Source: a virus
DNA: 46,402 nucleotides
Strand: one strand, 5' to 3'
Virus record (IMG/VR): IMGVR_UViG_3300026907_000065
Coordinates: 1 to 46,402 of that record
Translations under genes and position numbers: made by a program
Part shown: piece after piece, positions 1 to 9,269 of the stretch
Layout: each line of letters starts with the position of its first letter
How positions within the stretch are numbered: position 1 is the first letter of the stretch
Notes under the pieces: generated by a model
Seen by the model: the letters and a program-made list of their open reading frames with translations, nothing else
Database searches by the model: none
What the model was told of the DNA's origin: nothing

Positions 1-2580
1 TTAGATGCGTGTCTTCAATGTATAGAGCATTTCCAGTGCCTTGCGCGGGGTCATGTCGTCCAGATCGAGCTTGGCCAAGTCATCGAGTACCGGGTGCGGC
101 AGGCTGGCGAACATGTCGCTTTGCTGCGGGACTGAAGGCTTGCCCGCTACCGGAGACGGCGCTTCATGGGGCAGGCTGGTGGTCTCCAGGCGACTCAGGT
201 GCTCGCGGGCACGGACGATGACATCGCTCGGAACCCCCGCCAGCTGGGCCACGGCCAGGCCATAGCTCTGGCTGGCAGGACCTGGCAGCACGTGGTGCAG
301 GAACACGATGCGTTCGTTGTGCTCGGTGGCATTGAGGTGCACGTTGGCCACCAGCGGTTCATTTTCCGGCAGGACGGTGAGCTCGAAGTAGTGGGTGGCG
401 AACAGGGTGTACGCCCGCAGCTGGGCGAGACGTTCTGCCGCAGCCCAGGCCAGGGACAGACCATCGAAGGTACTGGTGCCGCGACCCACTTCGTCCATCA
501 GCACCAGGCTGCGCTCGGTAGCGTTATGCAGGATGTTGGCGGTTTCGCTCATTTCCACCATAAAGGTGGAACGGCCGCCGGCCAGGTCATCGCTGGAGCC
601 GATCCGGGTAAAGATCCGGTCCACCAGGGACAGCTCGCAGCTCGCTGCCGGCACGAAGCTGCCGATATGGGCCAGCAGCACGATCAGCGCGGTTTGCCGC
701 ATATAAGTGGACTTACCACCCATGTTCGGGCCGGTGATCACCAACATCCGGGTCTGATCGTCGAGGCTCAGGTCGTTGGCCACGAACGGCGTGGTCAGGA
801 CCTGCTCGACCACCGGGTGGCGACCCTGGGTGATGCGCATGCACGGCTCGCTGACGAAGCGCGGGCAATTGAGGTCGAGATTCAGCGCTCGTTCGGCCAG
901 GTTGCTCAGCACGTCCAGCTCAGCCAGCGCCCCCGCGGTGTCCTGCAACGGCGGCAGGTGACCGATCAGGGTCTCCAGCAAGGCTTCGTAGAGCATCTTC
1001 TCGCGGGCCAGGGCGCGGCTCTTGGCGGATAGCGCCTTATCCTCGAAGGCCTTGAGCTCCGGAGTGATGAAGCGTTCGGCGCCCTTGAGGGTCTGGCGCC
1101 GGATGTAGTCCGCCGGGGCCTGTTCCGCCTGTTTGCTTGGCAATTCGATGAAGTAGCCGTGAATCCGGTTGTAGCCGACTTTCAGGTTGGCCAGGCCGGT
1201 ACGGGCCTTTTCCCGGGCTTCCAGGTCGATAAGGAACTGGCCGGCGTTTTCGCTCAGCGATTGCAGCTCGTCCAGCTCGGCGTCGTAACCGGTCTTCAGC
1301 ACGCCGCCATCGCGGATCACCGCCGGCGGGTTGTCGATGATGGCTTTCTCCAGCAGCGCGGCCAGTTCCGGGTAAGTGCTGGTGGTCACAGCCAGTTGGC
1401 TCAGGTGCTCGGCCTCGAGTTCGGTCATCGCCACTTGCAGTTCCGGCAGCACCGCCAGGGCATCGCGCAGGCGCGCCAGGTCGCGGGGGCGGGCGTTGCG
1501 CAGGCCGATACGGGCGAGGATCCGCTCGATGTCGCCGATCTCCTTGAGCTGCGGTTGCAGCCTTTCGAAACGGTAACCGTCCAGCAGGCAGCCAATCGAA
1601 GTCTGTCGCGCCTGCAAGACTTTCAAGTCACGCAGCGGGCGGTTCAGCCAGCGGGTCAGCAGGCGGCTGCCCATGGCGGTCTGGCAACGGTCGACCACCG
1701 ATTGCAGGGTGTTGTCGCGGCCGCCGGCGAGGTTGGTGTCCAGCTCCAGGTTGCGCCGGCTGGCGCCGTCGAGCACCACAGTGTCGTCCAGGCGCTCGTG
1801 ACGCAGGCTGCGCAGGTGGGGCAGGGCGGTGCGCTGGGTTTCCTTGGCATAGCTCAGCAGGCAGCCGGCGGCGCCGATGGCCAGGGTCAGGTTCTCGCAG
1901 CCGAAACCCTTGAGGTCCTGGGTGGAGAACTGCTGGCACAGGCTCTTGTGGGCCGAGTCGCGTTCGAAGTCCCAGGGCGCGCGACGGCGCACGCCACGGC
2001 GTTTTTCCGCCGGCAGGCCTTGCGGCCAGTCGTCCGGGATCAGCAGTTCCACCGGGTTGATGCGTTCCAGCTCGGCCAGCAGGTTTTCCCAGCCCTTGAT
2101 TTCCAGGACCGTGAAATTGCCGCTGGTGATGTCCAGCACCGCAAGGCCGAACAGGCGCTCGTCGCCCAGCACCGCCGCGATCAGGTTATCCCGGCGTTCG
2201 TCGAGCAGGGCCTCGTCGCTGACGGTCCCCGGGGTGATGATCCGCACCACCTGGCGCTCCACCGGGCCCTTGCTGGTGGCCGGGTCGCCGACTTGTTCGC
2301 AGATCACCACCGACTCGCCGAGCTTTACCAGCTTGGCCAGGTAACCTTCGGCGGCGTGATAAGGAATCCCGCACATCGGAATCGCCTGGCCAGCCGACTG
2401 CCCGCGCGCGGTCAGAGTGATGTCCAGCAACTTGGCGGCCTTCTTCGCGTCTTCATAGAAGATTTCGTAGAAGTCACCCATGCGATAGAACATCAGCTGG
2501 TCAGGGTGCTGGTTCTTGAGGCGCCAGTACTGCTGCATCATCGGCGTGTGGGAGGACAGATCGGTGAGCGCTTTATTCAT
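1..2580 (-). CDS. mutS: DNA mismatch repair protein MutS
   Basis: HTPMMQQY and [11 protein letters not shown] (mismatch-binding Phe), Walker [28 protein letters not shown] at 2580 preferred over upstream TTG at 2616. Confidence 0.99.
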   Translation of the reverse strand: MNKALTDLSSHTPMMQQYWRLKNQHPDQLMFYRMGDFYEIFYEDAKKAAKLLDITLTARGQSAGQAIPMCGIPYHAAEGYLAKLVKLGESVVICEQVGDPATSKGPVERQVVRIITPGTVSDEALLDERRDNLIAAVLGDERLFGLAVLDITSGNFTVLEIKGWENLLAELERINPVELLIPDDWPQGLPAEKRRGVRRRAPWDFERDSAHKSLCQQFSTQDLKGFGCENLTLAIGAAGCLLSYAKETQRTALPHLRSLRHERLDDTVVLDGASRRNLELDTNLAGGRDNTLQSVVDRCQTAMGSRLLTRWLNRPLRDLKVLQARQTSIGCLLDGYRFERLQPQLKEIGDIERILARIGLRNARPRDLARLRDALAVLPELQVAMTELEAEHLSQLAVTTSTYPELAALLEKAIIDNPPAVIRDGGVLKTGYDAELDELQSLSENAGQFLIDLEAREKARTGLANLKVGYNRIHGYFIELPSKQAEQAPADYIRRQTLKGAERFITPELKAFEDKALSAKSRALAREKMLYEALLETLIGHLPPLQDTAGALAELDVLSNLAERALNLDLNCPRFVSEPCMRITQGRHPVVEQVLTTPFVANDLSLDDQTRMLVITGPNMGGKSTYMRQTALIVLLAHIGSFVPAASCELSLVDRIFTRIGSSDDLAGGRSTFMVEMSETANILHNATERSLVLMDEVGRGTSTFDGLSLAWAAAERLAQLRAYTLFATHYFELTVLPENEPLVANVHLNATEHNERIVFLHHVLPGPASQSYGLAVAQLAGVPSDVIVRAREHLSRLETTSLPHEAPSPVAGKPSVPQQSDMFASLPHPVLDDLAKLDLDDMTPRKALEMLYTLKTRI

Positions 2581-2726
2581 CGGGTCGTCAGGTTGATTCG
2601 TTGAAAGGGTGGGCAAAAGCAGAGGGCATGGGCCCGGCTTTTTCGCGATGGGCGCAAGGTTACCATGGGCGGTCCGACCTTCGCAGGGATGAACCCGGCA
2701 GGATTTCGGGTGTTTTATGCATGAAT

Positions 2727-2769
2727 ATGCATTTTAGCATTTGCCGTCGGCGAAAATAACCCGCAATAT
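2727..2769 (+). promoter_or_regulatory. Putative prtR promoter with operator-like palindrome
   Basis: ATGCATTTTAGCAT (2727-2740, ATGC-N6-GCAT) abuts TTGCCG (2741-2746)-N17-CAATAT (2764-2769); extra ATGCAT at 2717-2722. Confidence 0.45.
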
Positions 2770-2776
2770 GCGCATT

Positions 2777-3502
2777 ATGCAAAAGCGCAACGTTTCTACC
2801 GTCTTAAGAGAGCTGCTCGATCGCGATGGCATTTCCCCCACGGAACTCCATCGGCGTACCGGTGTGCCTCAATCCACCCTTTCGCGGATCCTCAGCGGCA
2901 AGATTGTCGATCCTTCGGACAAACACATCTCGCGGATCGCCGAGTACTTCCAGGTGAGCACTGATCAACTGCGCGGACGCGCGGCTGTCGCTCCTGCCCG
3001 GTCGGCCGATCCGCATTCGGAACTCAAGGACATAAGTCTGTGGGACGACGATACCCCCGTCGATGACGACGAGGTGTCGGTCCCCTTTCTTCGCGAGGTT
3101 GAATTGGCTGCGGGATCAGGAAGATTCGTCATTGAGGAAAGCGAGCGCTCCAGCCTGCGCTTCGGCAAGCGCAGCCTGCGGCACAATGGCGTGCAGTTCG
3201 ACCAGGCCAAATGCGTGACGGTCCGCGGCAACAGCATGCTGCCGGTGCTGCGCGACGGCGCCACGGTGGGGGTCAATGCCGGCAAGTGCGGTATCGGCGA
3301 CATCATCGACGGCGACTTGTATGCCATCAACCACAACGGCCAACTGCGGGTGAAGCAGCTCTATCGCCTGCCTTCCGGTATTCGCCTGCGTAGCTTCAAC
3401 CGCGACGAACACCCGGATGAGGACTACAGCTTCCAGGAAATGCAGGAAGAGCAGATCGTCATCCTCGGCCACGTCTTCTGGTGGGGCATGTACGCCCGTT
3501 AA
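2777..3502 (+). CDS. prtR: PrtR/CI-like repressor (XRE HTH + S24 autopeptidase)
   Basis: N-terminal HTH (ISPTELHRRTGVPQSTLSRIL), AAG-SG cleavage site, GNSMLP (Ser) and RVKQL (Lys) dyad; typical position next to mutS at head of tailocin locus; start 2777 or 2768. Confidence 0.93.
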   Translation: MQKRNVSTVLRELLDRDGISPTELHRRTGVPQSTLSRILSGKIVDPSDKHISRIAEYFQVSTDQLRGRAAVAPARSADPHSELKDISLWDDDTPVDDDEVSVPFLREVELAAGSGRFVIEESERSSLRFGKRSLRHNGVQFDQAKCVTVRGNSMLPVLRDGATVGVNAGKCGIGDIIDGDLYAINHNGQLRVKQLYRLPSGIRLRSFNRDEHPDEDYSFQEMQEEQIVILGHVFWWGMYAR

Positions 3503-3519
3503 CCGCAGCCCATAACGCC

Positions 3520-3546
3520 AAAGCCCGCCATCGAGCGGGCTTTTTT
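3520..3546 (+). terminator. Intrinsic terminator after prtR
   Basis: AAAGCCCGC-CATCGA-GCGGGCTTTTTT. Confidence 0.85.
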
Positions 3547-3589
3547 GTGCCCGAGGAAAACCCTCCACGCCTTTATTTATGCGGTGATC

Positions 3590-3657
3590 ATGCGCAGGTG
3601 CATTTGTTGAGTACAAATAAATGCATTTGTGCATTGACTGTATATGCATACATGCAT
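3590..3657. promoter_or_regulatory. Three 14-bp operator-like palindromes (ATGC-N6-GCAT), likely PrtR sites
   Basis: ATGCGCAGGTGCAT 3590-3603, ATGCATTTGTGCAT 3621-3634, ATGCATACATGCAT 3644-3657; the last two overlap the promoter. Confidence 0.7.
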
Positions 3658-3662
3658 ATTAT
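3634..3662 (+). promoter_or_regulatory. Sigma70 promoter of tailocin operon
   Basis: TTGACT (3634-3639)-17 bp-TATTAT (3657-3662), near consensus. Confidence 0.8.
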
Positions 3663-3667
3663 TCGTT

Positions 3668-3955
3668 CCAAGCCGCCCGACAGCGGTGAGCAACACCGCT
3701 CTTTAGTGGCAAAAGCAAAGGCAGCGATGAACCGGCCTCGACGGTTCAGAGGGTTGGCAACTGACCCGGGTGTGCAGCGTAAAGCACCGTGAACAGTTAT
3801 CCGGCGGGCAGGGACCGCGGTCGGAGGAACAATTTGAATGGACTCGTACCGCGCCAGTAGCGCCGAAAAGTCAGTTTCCTTTTCGTTTAGCCACTTAAAG
3901 GAAAGCGAAGGACCGCATTACTGAAAAGCCCGGGCGACCGGGCTTTTTGGAATGC
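3668..3955 (+). ncRNA. Putative structured 5' leader RNA with boxA-like element
   Basis: Hairpins AGCGGTG/CACCGCT (3682-3700), TGAACCG/CGGTTCA (3728-3748), GGGTTGG/CTGACCC (3751-3767), TTCCTTT/AAAGGAA (3876-3903); CGCTCTTTA at 3697-3705; no credible ORF. Confidence 0.5.
3924..3948 (+). terminator. Intrinsic terminator between promoter and holin
   Basis: AAAAGCCCGG-GCGA-CCGGGCTTTTT, flanked by GCATT/AATGC extension. Confidence 0.8.
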
Positions 3956-4053
3956 CTACCTACCGTGGGCCATGCCGGGATATGCACCGTTGATACACAA
4001 GCCAATTGATTACCGGGCCAGCGCATTGGCCTTTTCCACTCAGGAGGAGTGAC

Positions 4054-4398
4054 ATGACAAACGAGCAACAAGCGTTGCTGGACATGCCCATCTGGCTTGT
4101 CATCGTCCTTGCCCTGGTGGGTGGGGTGTCCGGCGAAATGTGGCGCGCCGACAAGGAGGGCGCCCGCGGCTGGTTGCTGCTGCGGCGCCTGGCCCTGCGC
4201 TCCGGGGCCTGCGTGATCTGCGGGGTCTCGACCATCATGCTGCTGTACGCCGCCGGCGTATCGATCTGGACCGCCGGCGCCTTCGGTTGCCTGACCGCCA
4301 TGGCGGGCGCCGATGTGGCCATCGGGCTCTACGAGCGCTGGGCGGCCAAGCGACTCGGTGTGTGTGAGGTGCCGCCTCAGGACAACACTCGCGATTAA
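4054..4398 (+). CDS. hol: Holin
   Basis: 114 aa, several hydrophobic helices, basic C-terminal part, strong SD (AGGAGG); first gene of tailocin operon. Confidence 0.85.
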   Translation: MTNEQQALLDMPIWLVIVLALVGGVSGEMWRADKEGARGWLLLRRLALRSGACVICGVSTIMLLYAAGVSIWTAGAFGCLTAMAGADVAIGLYERWAAKRLGVCEVPPQDNTRD

Positions 4399-4423
4399 TG
4401 ATGATCACTATGGAGCTATGGCC

Positions 4424-4615
4424 ATGAATGATGAAGAACTGGCGGCGATCAATCGTCTGGTCGCCGCCTTGCAGGCCCAGTCAGAGAGCCAGTCTGCCTT
4501 GAGCGCATCCATTGGCTTGCTGGCCCAGAGCAATCAGGCATTGGTCGATCTGATCAAGAGCCGCGAGCCTGATCCGAATGCGCCACCTTACCTGGATGGC
4601 TCTCCCGCACCTTGA
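4424..4615 (+). CDS. Small hypothetical phage-derived protein
   Basis: GGAG SD at 4412-4415, 63 aa helical, ends YLDGSPAP. Confidence 0.6.
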   Translation: MNDEELAAINRLVAALQAQSESQSALSASIGLLAQSNQALVDLIKSREPDPNAPPYLDGSPAP

Positions 4616-4663
4616 TTCATGAGGTGTTCTGAAAAGGCCACTCAAACCGAGCAACACCCATCT

Positions 4664-4685
4664 CCCGCCTAGGCGGGTTTTTATT
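4664..4685 (+). terminator. Intrinsic terminator-like hairpin
   Basis: CCCGCCTAGGCGGG followed by TTTTTATT. Confidence 0.7.
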
Positions 4686-4703
4686 GTTCGCTGGAGAACA
4701 TCA

Positions 4704-5195
4704 ATGTCGATTCTTACTCAAGGTACACAGATTTTCGCCCTCGTCCCACCGGCCACTGGCAGTGCTCCTCACACCGTGCTGGAAATCGAGCAGGCCACCT
4801 CCTTCGATCCGGGCGGTGCACCCGCCGAGCAGATTGAAGATACCAACCTCAATGCACAGCAGCGAAGCTATAAGAAAGGCCTGCGTACTCCTGGTACCGC
4901 CAGCCTGGGTCTCAATGCTGATCCGACCAATGCCAGCCACATCCGCCTGCATCAGCTTTCCGAAGCCAATGGCGACACCACCGTGAAATGGGTGGTGGGT
5001 TGGTCGGACGGTAAAGATGTGCTGCCAACTGTGAACGCCACGGGCGACGGTTTCGAGTTGCCGGCGACCCGTACCTGGTTCGCTTTTGAAGGTTATGTCT
5101 CGGACTTTCCCTTCAACTTCGCGCTGAATACCGTGGTCACCACCACCGTCACCATTCAACGTACTGGCGGTTCCGCCTGGATCAAGAAGGCCTGA
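4704..5195 (+). CDS. Tail tube protein (lambda gpV-like)
   Basis: 163 aa, MSILTQGTQ..., [16 protein letters not shown]; position before chaperone and TMP. Confidence 0.88.
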   Translation: MSILTQGTQIFALVPPATGSAPHTVLEIEQATSFDPGGAPAEQIEDTNLNAQQRSYKKGLRTPGTASLGLNADPTNASHIRLHQLSEANGDTTVKWVVGWSDGKDVLPTVNATGDGFELPATRTWFAFEGYVSDFPFNFALNTVVTTTVTIQRTGGSAWIKKA

Positions 5196-5203
5196 GAGCA
5201 TCC

Positions 5204-5554
5204 ATGAACCTCAAACAACTCAAAGCCAAGGGCGGCATTGTCGACAGCCTGCCAGTGAGAAAGGAGGTGAGCTGGACTCACCTCGACAGCAAGTCAGGCA
5301 AGGAGGTGACCGACACCTTCACCTTGCATATTCGTCGACAGTCTTTTGGCGTGATCGAGCGACTATTTGCCCAAGGTGAAACCGAGCAAAGCCGCAACGC
5401 CAGTTACATTGCGGCTTCTGTGAGCCTGGGGGACGAGGGTACGGAAGCCCTCAGCTATGACGATGCCTATAGCCTTGAGCCGACGCTGGGGTTCGTGATT
5501 CTGAATGCGGTGAATGAGGTCAATGGCACTGGCGGCACAGCAGCAAAAAACTGA
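5204..5554 (+). CDS. Tail assembly chaperone (gpG-like)
   Basis: 116 aa between tube and TMP, ends in slippery A AAA AAC (5545-5551). Confidence 0.85.
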   Translation: MNLKQLKAKGGIVDSLPVRKEVSWTHLDSKSGKEVTDTFTLHIRRQSFGVIERLFAQGETEQSRNASYIAASVSLGDEGTEALSYDDAYSLEPTLGFVILNAVNEVNGTGGTAAKN

Positions 5555-5838
5555 CGGCCGCCGATGAGTTCTGGCACGAACTGGTGCTGAACGGAGTCGG
5601 CGGCCGGACGATCGCCGAAGCCAAGGAACGCATGACCTACCAGGAAGCCCTGGCCTGGGGGCTCTATATCGATCGATATGGTTCCCTGCATGCCGGTAGG
5701 CGGCTGGAAGCGGGTAGCGCATTGATTGCGCTACAGACCCACCGGCTGGGCGGCGGCACTGCAGAGCTACTTGATTTCATGCCCTACGAACAACGTCTGG
5801 GGCTGTCACTCGAGCAGGCGATGAACGAGTGGTTCTAA
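5545..5838 (+). CDS. gpT-like -1 frameshift extension of chaperone
   Basis: -1 frame from A AAA AAC reads KLTAADEFWHELVLNGVGGRTIAEAKERM... to stop at 5838. Confidence 0.8.
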   Translation, partial: KKLTAADEFWHELVLNGVGGRTIAEAKERMTYQEALAWGLYIDRYGSLHAGRRLEAGSALIALQTHRLGGGTAELLDFMPYEQRLGLSLEQAMNEWF

Positions 5839-5855
5839 GTGCTAGTCCTTACCTC

Positions 5856-5878
5856 AAACCCGTTCCGACGGGTTTTTT
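5856..5878 (+). terminator. Intrinsic terminator-like hairpin before TMP
   Basis: AAACCCGT-TCCG-ACGGGTTTTTT. Confidence 0.75.
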
Positions 5879-5896
5879 CATGACCCGGAGAAACCT

Positions 5897-7300
5897 ATGG
5901 CAACTGCTTCCCAGGGTAATTTGATACTTGACCTTGGCCGTCTGGAAAAGGCTTTGGCCAAGGCGTCACAGATTACCGATCAAGGCATGCGCGGCATGCA
6001 GCAACGGGTCGAGGACGCTGGCAGGAAAATCGGCGAGGCGCTGACCCGTTCGGCAGTGTCGGCGCTGGATGCGACCTCCAGCACTTTCGGCGATTTGCAG
6101 AAGGTCTACGATCCGGCGGCTGACGCAGCGCAAAGATTCATTGGCACGCAGAGCAGTCTGCAAAAGGCTCTGAAGCAGAACAAAAGTGCTGGAACCGATT
6201 TTGCGCAAACGCTGAAAGATTTGGCCAAGTCGCAAAATAAGTACTCCAGCGAGCTTGAAAAACTGCGTAACTCGGGCGATTTCGCCGCCTCGCAAGTCGG
6301 TATGAGCGGTCGTCGCAAGGGGCTTGCCGCGCAACTTAACGCCAATGACGAGCAGTACGCACTGGCGCGAAAGGCGTTAGATGAAAAGTTTCCTCAGGGT
6401 GATGTCCCGTCGACCTATGTCGACAAGATGGGGATCAGCTTTCCCGAGGGCGATGCATTCGGGAAGGGCGGCGCAGGCGGAGCCAGCTATGCGACTCAGC
6501 TCGAAGCGCTCAAGACGGCCCATAGCGACATGGCCCTGCAGATTCAGAGCAACTATGCGCAGATGACTGATGCTCTTGGCGATTGGAGTAACGGTGCGAC
6601 CGCGGCGCTGGATGACTATATGGACAAGTCGGGAAATGTCGCCGAACAGTCCAAGACGGTATTCACCAACGCGTTCAACAAGATGGATGAGGCGATCATG
6701 ATGTTCGCCACTACCGGCAAGTTCTCTTTTTCCGATTTCACCCAATCGGTGCTCAAGGACATGGCCACGTTGGCGGCCAAGACAGCGGCGTCGAAAGCCC
6801 TCAGCTCGTTGTTTGGAGTGGCCAGTTCGGCGATTACGGGATGGTTGGGCGGGGCACCGACACCCACGACTACCAAGGTGGGTGGGCTGAGCCATACATT
6901 CAACCCACAACTCGATGTGTCCAGTCAGAACTACACCCCGTCGATGCATTTCGCCAAAGGTGGAGCGTTCACCAACTCCATCGCCACTGGTCCAAGCCTG
7001 GCGCCAATGGCGCTTTTTGGCGAAGCCGGGCCTGAGGCAATCATGCCCTTGAGCCGCGGCTCCGACGGCTCTCTCGGCGTTCGTGCCTTGGGGGGAGGGC
7101 AGAGCACCAGCAGCAACCAGGTGGTGATCCAGCAGACCATCAATGTCGCCGATGGCCAGGCTGAAGGCACCGGTGGCGAGCTGAGTTCCCAGAATATCGC
7201 CAAGGCTTATGCCGGCTCTGCCCGTCAGGGCGCCGCCGAGCAGATTGCCCGCGACCTGAAACCGGGCGGCCAGATCTGGGCTGCCATCAACGGCCGCTGA
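5897..7300 (+). CDS. Tape measure protein, lambda family (short)
   Basis: 467 aa, Ala/Gln-rich helical; DWSNGATAAL...FATTGKFSFSDF, FAKGG, GEAGPEAIMPL, KPGG motifs. Confidence 0.88.
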   Translation: MATASQGNLILDLGRLEKALAKASQITDQGMRGMQQRVEDAGRKIGEALTRSAVSALDATSSTFGDLQKVYDPAADAAQRFIGTQSSLQKALKQNKSAGTDFAQTLKDLAKSQNKYSSELEKLRNSGDFAASQVGMSGRRKGLAAQLNANDEQYALARKALDEKFPQGDVPSTYVDKMGISFPEGDAFGKGGAGGASYATQLEALKTAHSDMALQIQSNYAQMTDALGDWSNGATAALDDYMDKSGNVAEQSKTVFTNAFNKMDEAIMMFATTGKFSFSDFTQSVLKDMATLAAKTAASKALSSLFGVASSAITGWLGGAPTPTTTKVGGLSHTFNPQLDVSSQNYTPSMHFAKGGAFTNSIATGPSLAPMALFGEAGPEAIMPLSRGSDGSLGVRALGGGQSTSSNQVVIQQTINVADGQAEGTGGELSSQNIAKAYAGSARQGAAEQIARDLKPGGQIWAAINGR

Positions 7301-7337
7301 TAGACAGCGGCCGAAACGGCTCACGCCCGGAGAAAAC

Positions 7338-7676
7338 ATGACTACAGAAACATTCACTTGGGTGCCCAAGGTCGACCCCGTGGGCAACGTCGAGTTTCGC
7401 CTCAAGTCGGCCCGCTTCGGTGACGGTTATCAGCAAGTGGCTCAGGACGGGATCAACAACAAGACCCAGTCGTGGCCGCTGACCTTTGTCGGTAATGAAG
7501 AGCGCATCAAGGCCATCATCGAATTCCTTGACCGTCATGCAGGCGCCGCGCCGTTTTACTGGACGGCGCCGCTGGGAAAACCGGCGCTTTTTCGCTGCAA
7601 GGGCTACCAGCCCACGCCTATGGGGGCGGGCATATACACCCTGGTTGCCACATTTGAGCAGGTGTTTCATCCCTGA
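7338..7676 (+). CDS. Distal tail protein (lambda gpM-like)
   Basis: ETFTW, ARFGDGYQQ, FLDRHAG, FEQVF. Confidence 0.9.
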   Translation: MTTETFTWVPKVDPVGNVEFRLKSARFGDGYQQVAQDGINNKTQSWPLTFVGNEERIKAIIEFLDRHAGAAPFYWTAPLGKPALFRCKGYQPTPMGAGIYTLVATFEQVFHP

Positions 7677-7709
7677 GGCTGTCATTCAGTCTGAACCCAC
7701 TGTGCCGAC

Positions 7710-7734
7710 CCCCACTTCATGTGGGGTTTTCTTT
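7710..7734 (+). terminator. Intrinsic terminator-like hairpin
   Basis: CCCCAC-TTCAT-GTGGGG-TTTTCTTT. Confidence 0.65.
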
Positions 7735-7748
7735 GCCTGGAGACTCAC

Positions 7749-8432
7749 ATGTCCATTACCGCAGATATCCAGACCCTGGAGCCGGGCGCCTGGGTGGAGC
7801 TTTTCGAACTTGACGCCACCAGTCTGGGGGCTGAGTTGTATCGCTTCCATGGTTACCCCCAGCAGACGTCGATCTTCTGGCAGGGGCTGGAATATTCACC
7901 CTGGCCGATTCAGGCCGAAGGTTTTGAAATGACCGGGCAGGGCACGCAACCAACACCCACGCTTTCGGTGGGCAATGTCGATGGCTTTATTACTGCCCTG
8001 GTCCTGTATTTCGAGGACCTGGTGGGCGCGCGTCTGATACGCCACCGAACCCTGGGCAAGTATCTGGATGGTCAGCCCGAGGCCGATCCGGAGGAAGAGC
8101 TGCCGCCGGACATCTGGTATGTCGAACGCAAGGTTGCCGAGAGCAACGAGGTGGTGAAGTTCGAACTGGCCAGTGCCCTGGACTTCAACGGCGTGCAACT
8201 GCCACGTCGGCAGATCGTCGCCAACGTGTGCTGGTGGCTCAGTTGCGGCGGTTACCGTGGGCCGTACTGTGGCTACAACGGTGGGCCAGTTGCCGACGCC
8301 AATGACGTGATTGTCACCGACGCGGTCAAGGACAAGTGTGGTGGCCGCCTGAGTAGCTGCAAGCTGCGTTTCGGTGAGAACAACCCTCTGCCATATGGCT
8401 CTTTCCCGGCTGCGGGTCTGCTGCGGAGCTGA
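7749..8432 (+). CDS. Minor tail protein L (lambda gpL-like)
   Basis: VELFELD, YSPWPIQAEGFE, LPRRQI and C-terminal Cys cluster (C..W...YRGPYCGY...DKCGGRLSSCKLRF). Confidence 0.92.
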   Translation: MSITADIQTLEPGAWVELFELDATSLGAELYRFHGYPQQTSIFWQGLEYSPWPIQAEGFEMTGQGTQPTPTLSVGNVDGFITALVLYFEDLVGARLIRHRTLGKYLDGQPEADPEEELPPDIWYVERKVAESNEVVKFELASALDFNGVQLPRRQIVANVCWWLSCGGYRGPYCGYNGGPVADANDVIVTDAVKDKCGGRLSSCKLRFGENNPLPYGSFPAAGLLRS

Positions 8433-8434
8433 TC

Positions 8435-9217
8435 ATGAACAAGGCAAATATGTCAGCTATCGAGCGGCATGCGTTGGCTGAGTATCCGCATGAGTGTTGC
8501 GGCCTGCTGATCCGCGAAGGGCGCAAGCGCGTGTATGTGCCGTGCCGCAACACCGCAACCACCCCCAGCGAGCATTTCCGCCTGGCGCCGCAGGACTACG
8601 CGGCAGCGCAAGAGCGCGGTGAAGTGCTGGCGGTGGTACACAGTCATCCCGACTATCCGGCGGCCCCCAGCGAGGCCGATCGGGTTTCCTGCGAAGCATC
8701 GGGTTTGCCCTGGTACATCCTGGAAGTGCGCAAGGGGGACGATGGCGTCGTCCGCAAGGGCGAGCTCGCAAGCCTGGTACCAGATGGTTATCAGGCGCCG
8801 CTGATCGGACGGGCTTTCGCCCATGGCGTGCATGACTGCCTGAGCATCATCCTCGATTACTACCGACGTGAGCTGGGCATTGAGCTGGGGAATTACCAGC
8901 GTGAAGACGGTTGGTGGGACAAGGGCGGCAACCTGTATCTGGAGAACCTGCCAGACGCTGGTTTCGAGCCTGTCGACAGCTTGCAGCAAGGGGATGTGGT
9001 GCTGATGCAAATCCGCTCTCCCGTTCCCAATCATGCCGCGATCTATCTCGCCGATGGCATCTTGAAAAGCGAGCCCGAACATTTCCCCGCCCCAGGCTCG
9101 ATCCTGCATCACCTCTATGGACGCGACAGCAAGCGCGATACCTATGGCGGCTATTGGGGCGAGGTGACGGTCAGCTACTGGCGGCATCGGCAGTTGATAG
9201 AGACCGCTGGGGAGTGA
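8435..9217 (+). CDS. Tail assembly protein K (JAB/MPN + NlpC/P60)
   Basis: YPHECCG, VHSHPD, PSEAD; GVHDCL, NHAAIY, LHHLYG. Confidence 0.92.
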   Translation: MNKANMSAIERHALAEYPHECCGLLIREGRKRVYVPCRNTATTPSEHFRLAPQDYAAAQERGEVLAVVHSHPDYPAAPSEADRVSCEASGLPWYILEVRKGDDGVVRKGELASLVPDGYQAPLIGRAFAHGVHDCLSIILDYYRRELGIELGNYQREDGWWDKGGNLYLENLPDAGFEPVDSLQQGDVVLMQIRSPVPNHAAIYLADGILKSEPEHFPAPGSILHHLYGRDSKRDTYGGYWGEVTVSYWRHRQLIETAGE

Positions 9218-9269
9218 GCTGGCGCTGGCTCGGGAAAACTTCATAGGGAGCCTTGCTCCCGGAGCAAAA

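Noticed and set aside
3481..3792. 103-aa ORF as possible prtN/Cro
   Set aside because: Crosses the prtR terminator, operators and promoter; no SD or recognisable motif.
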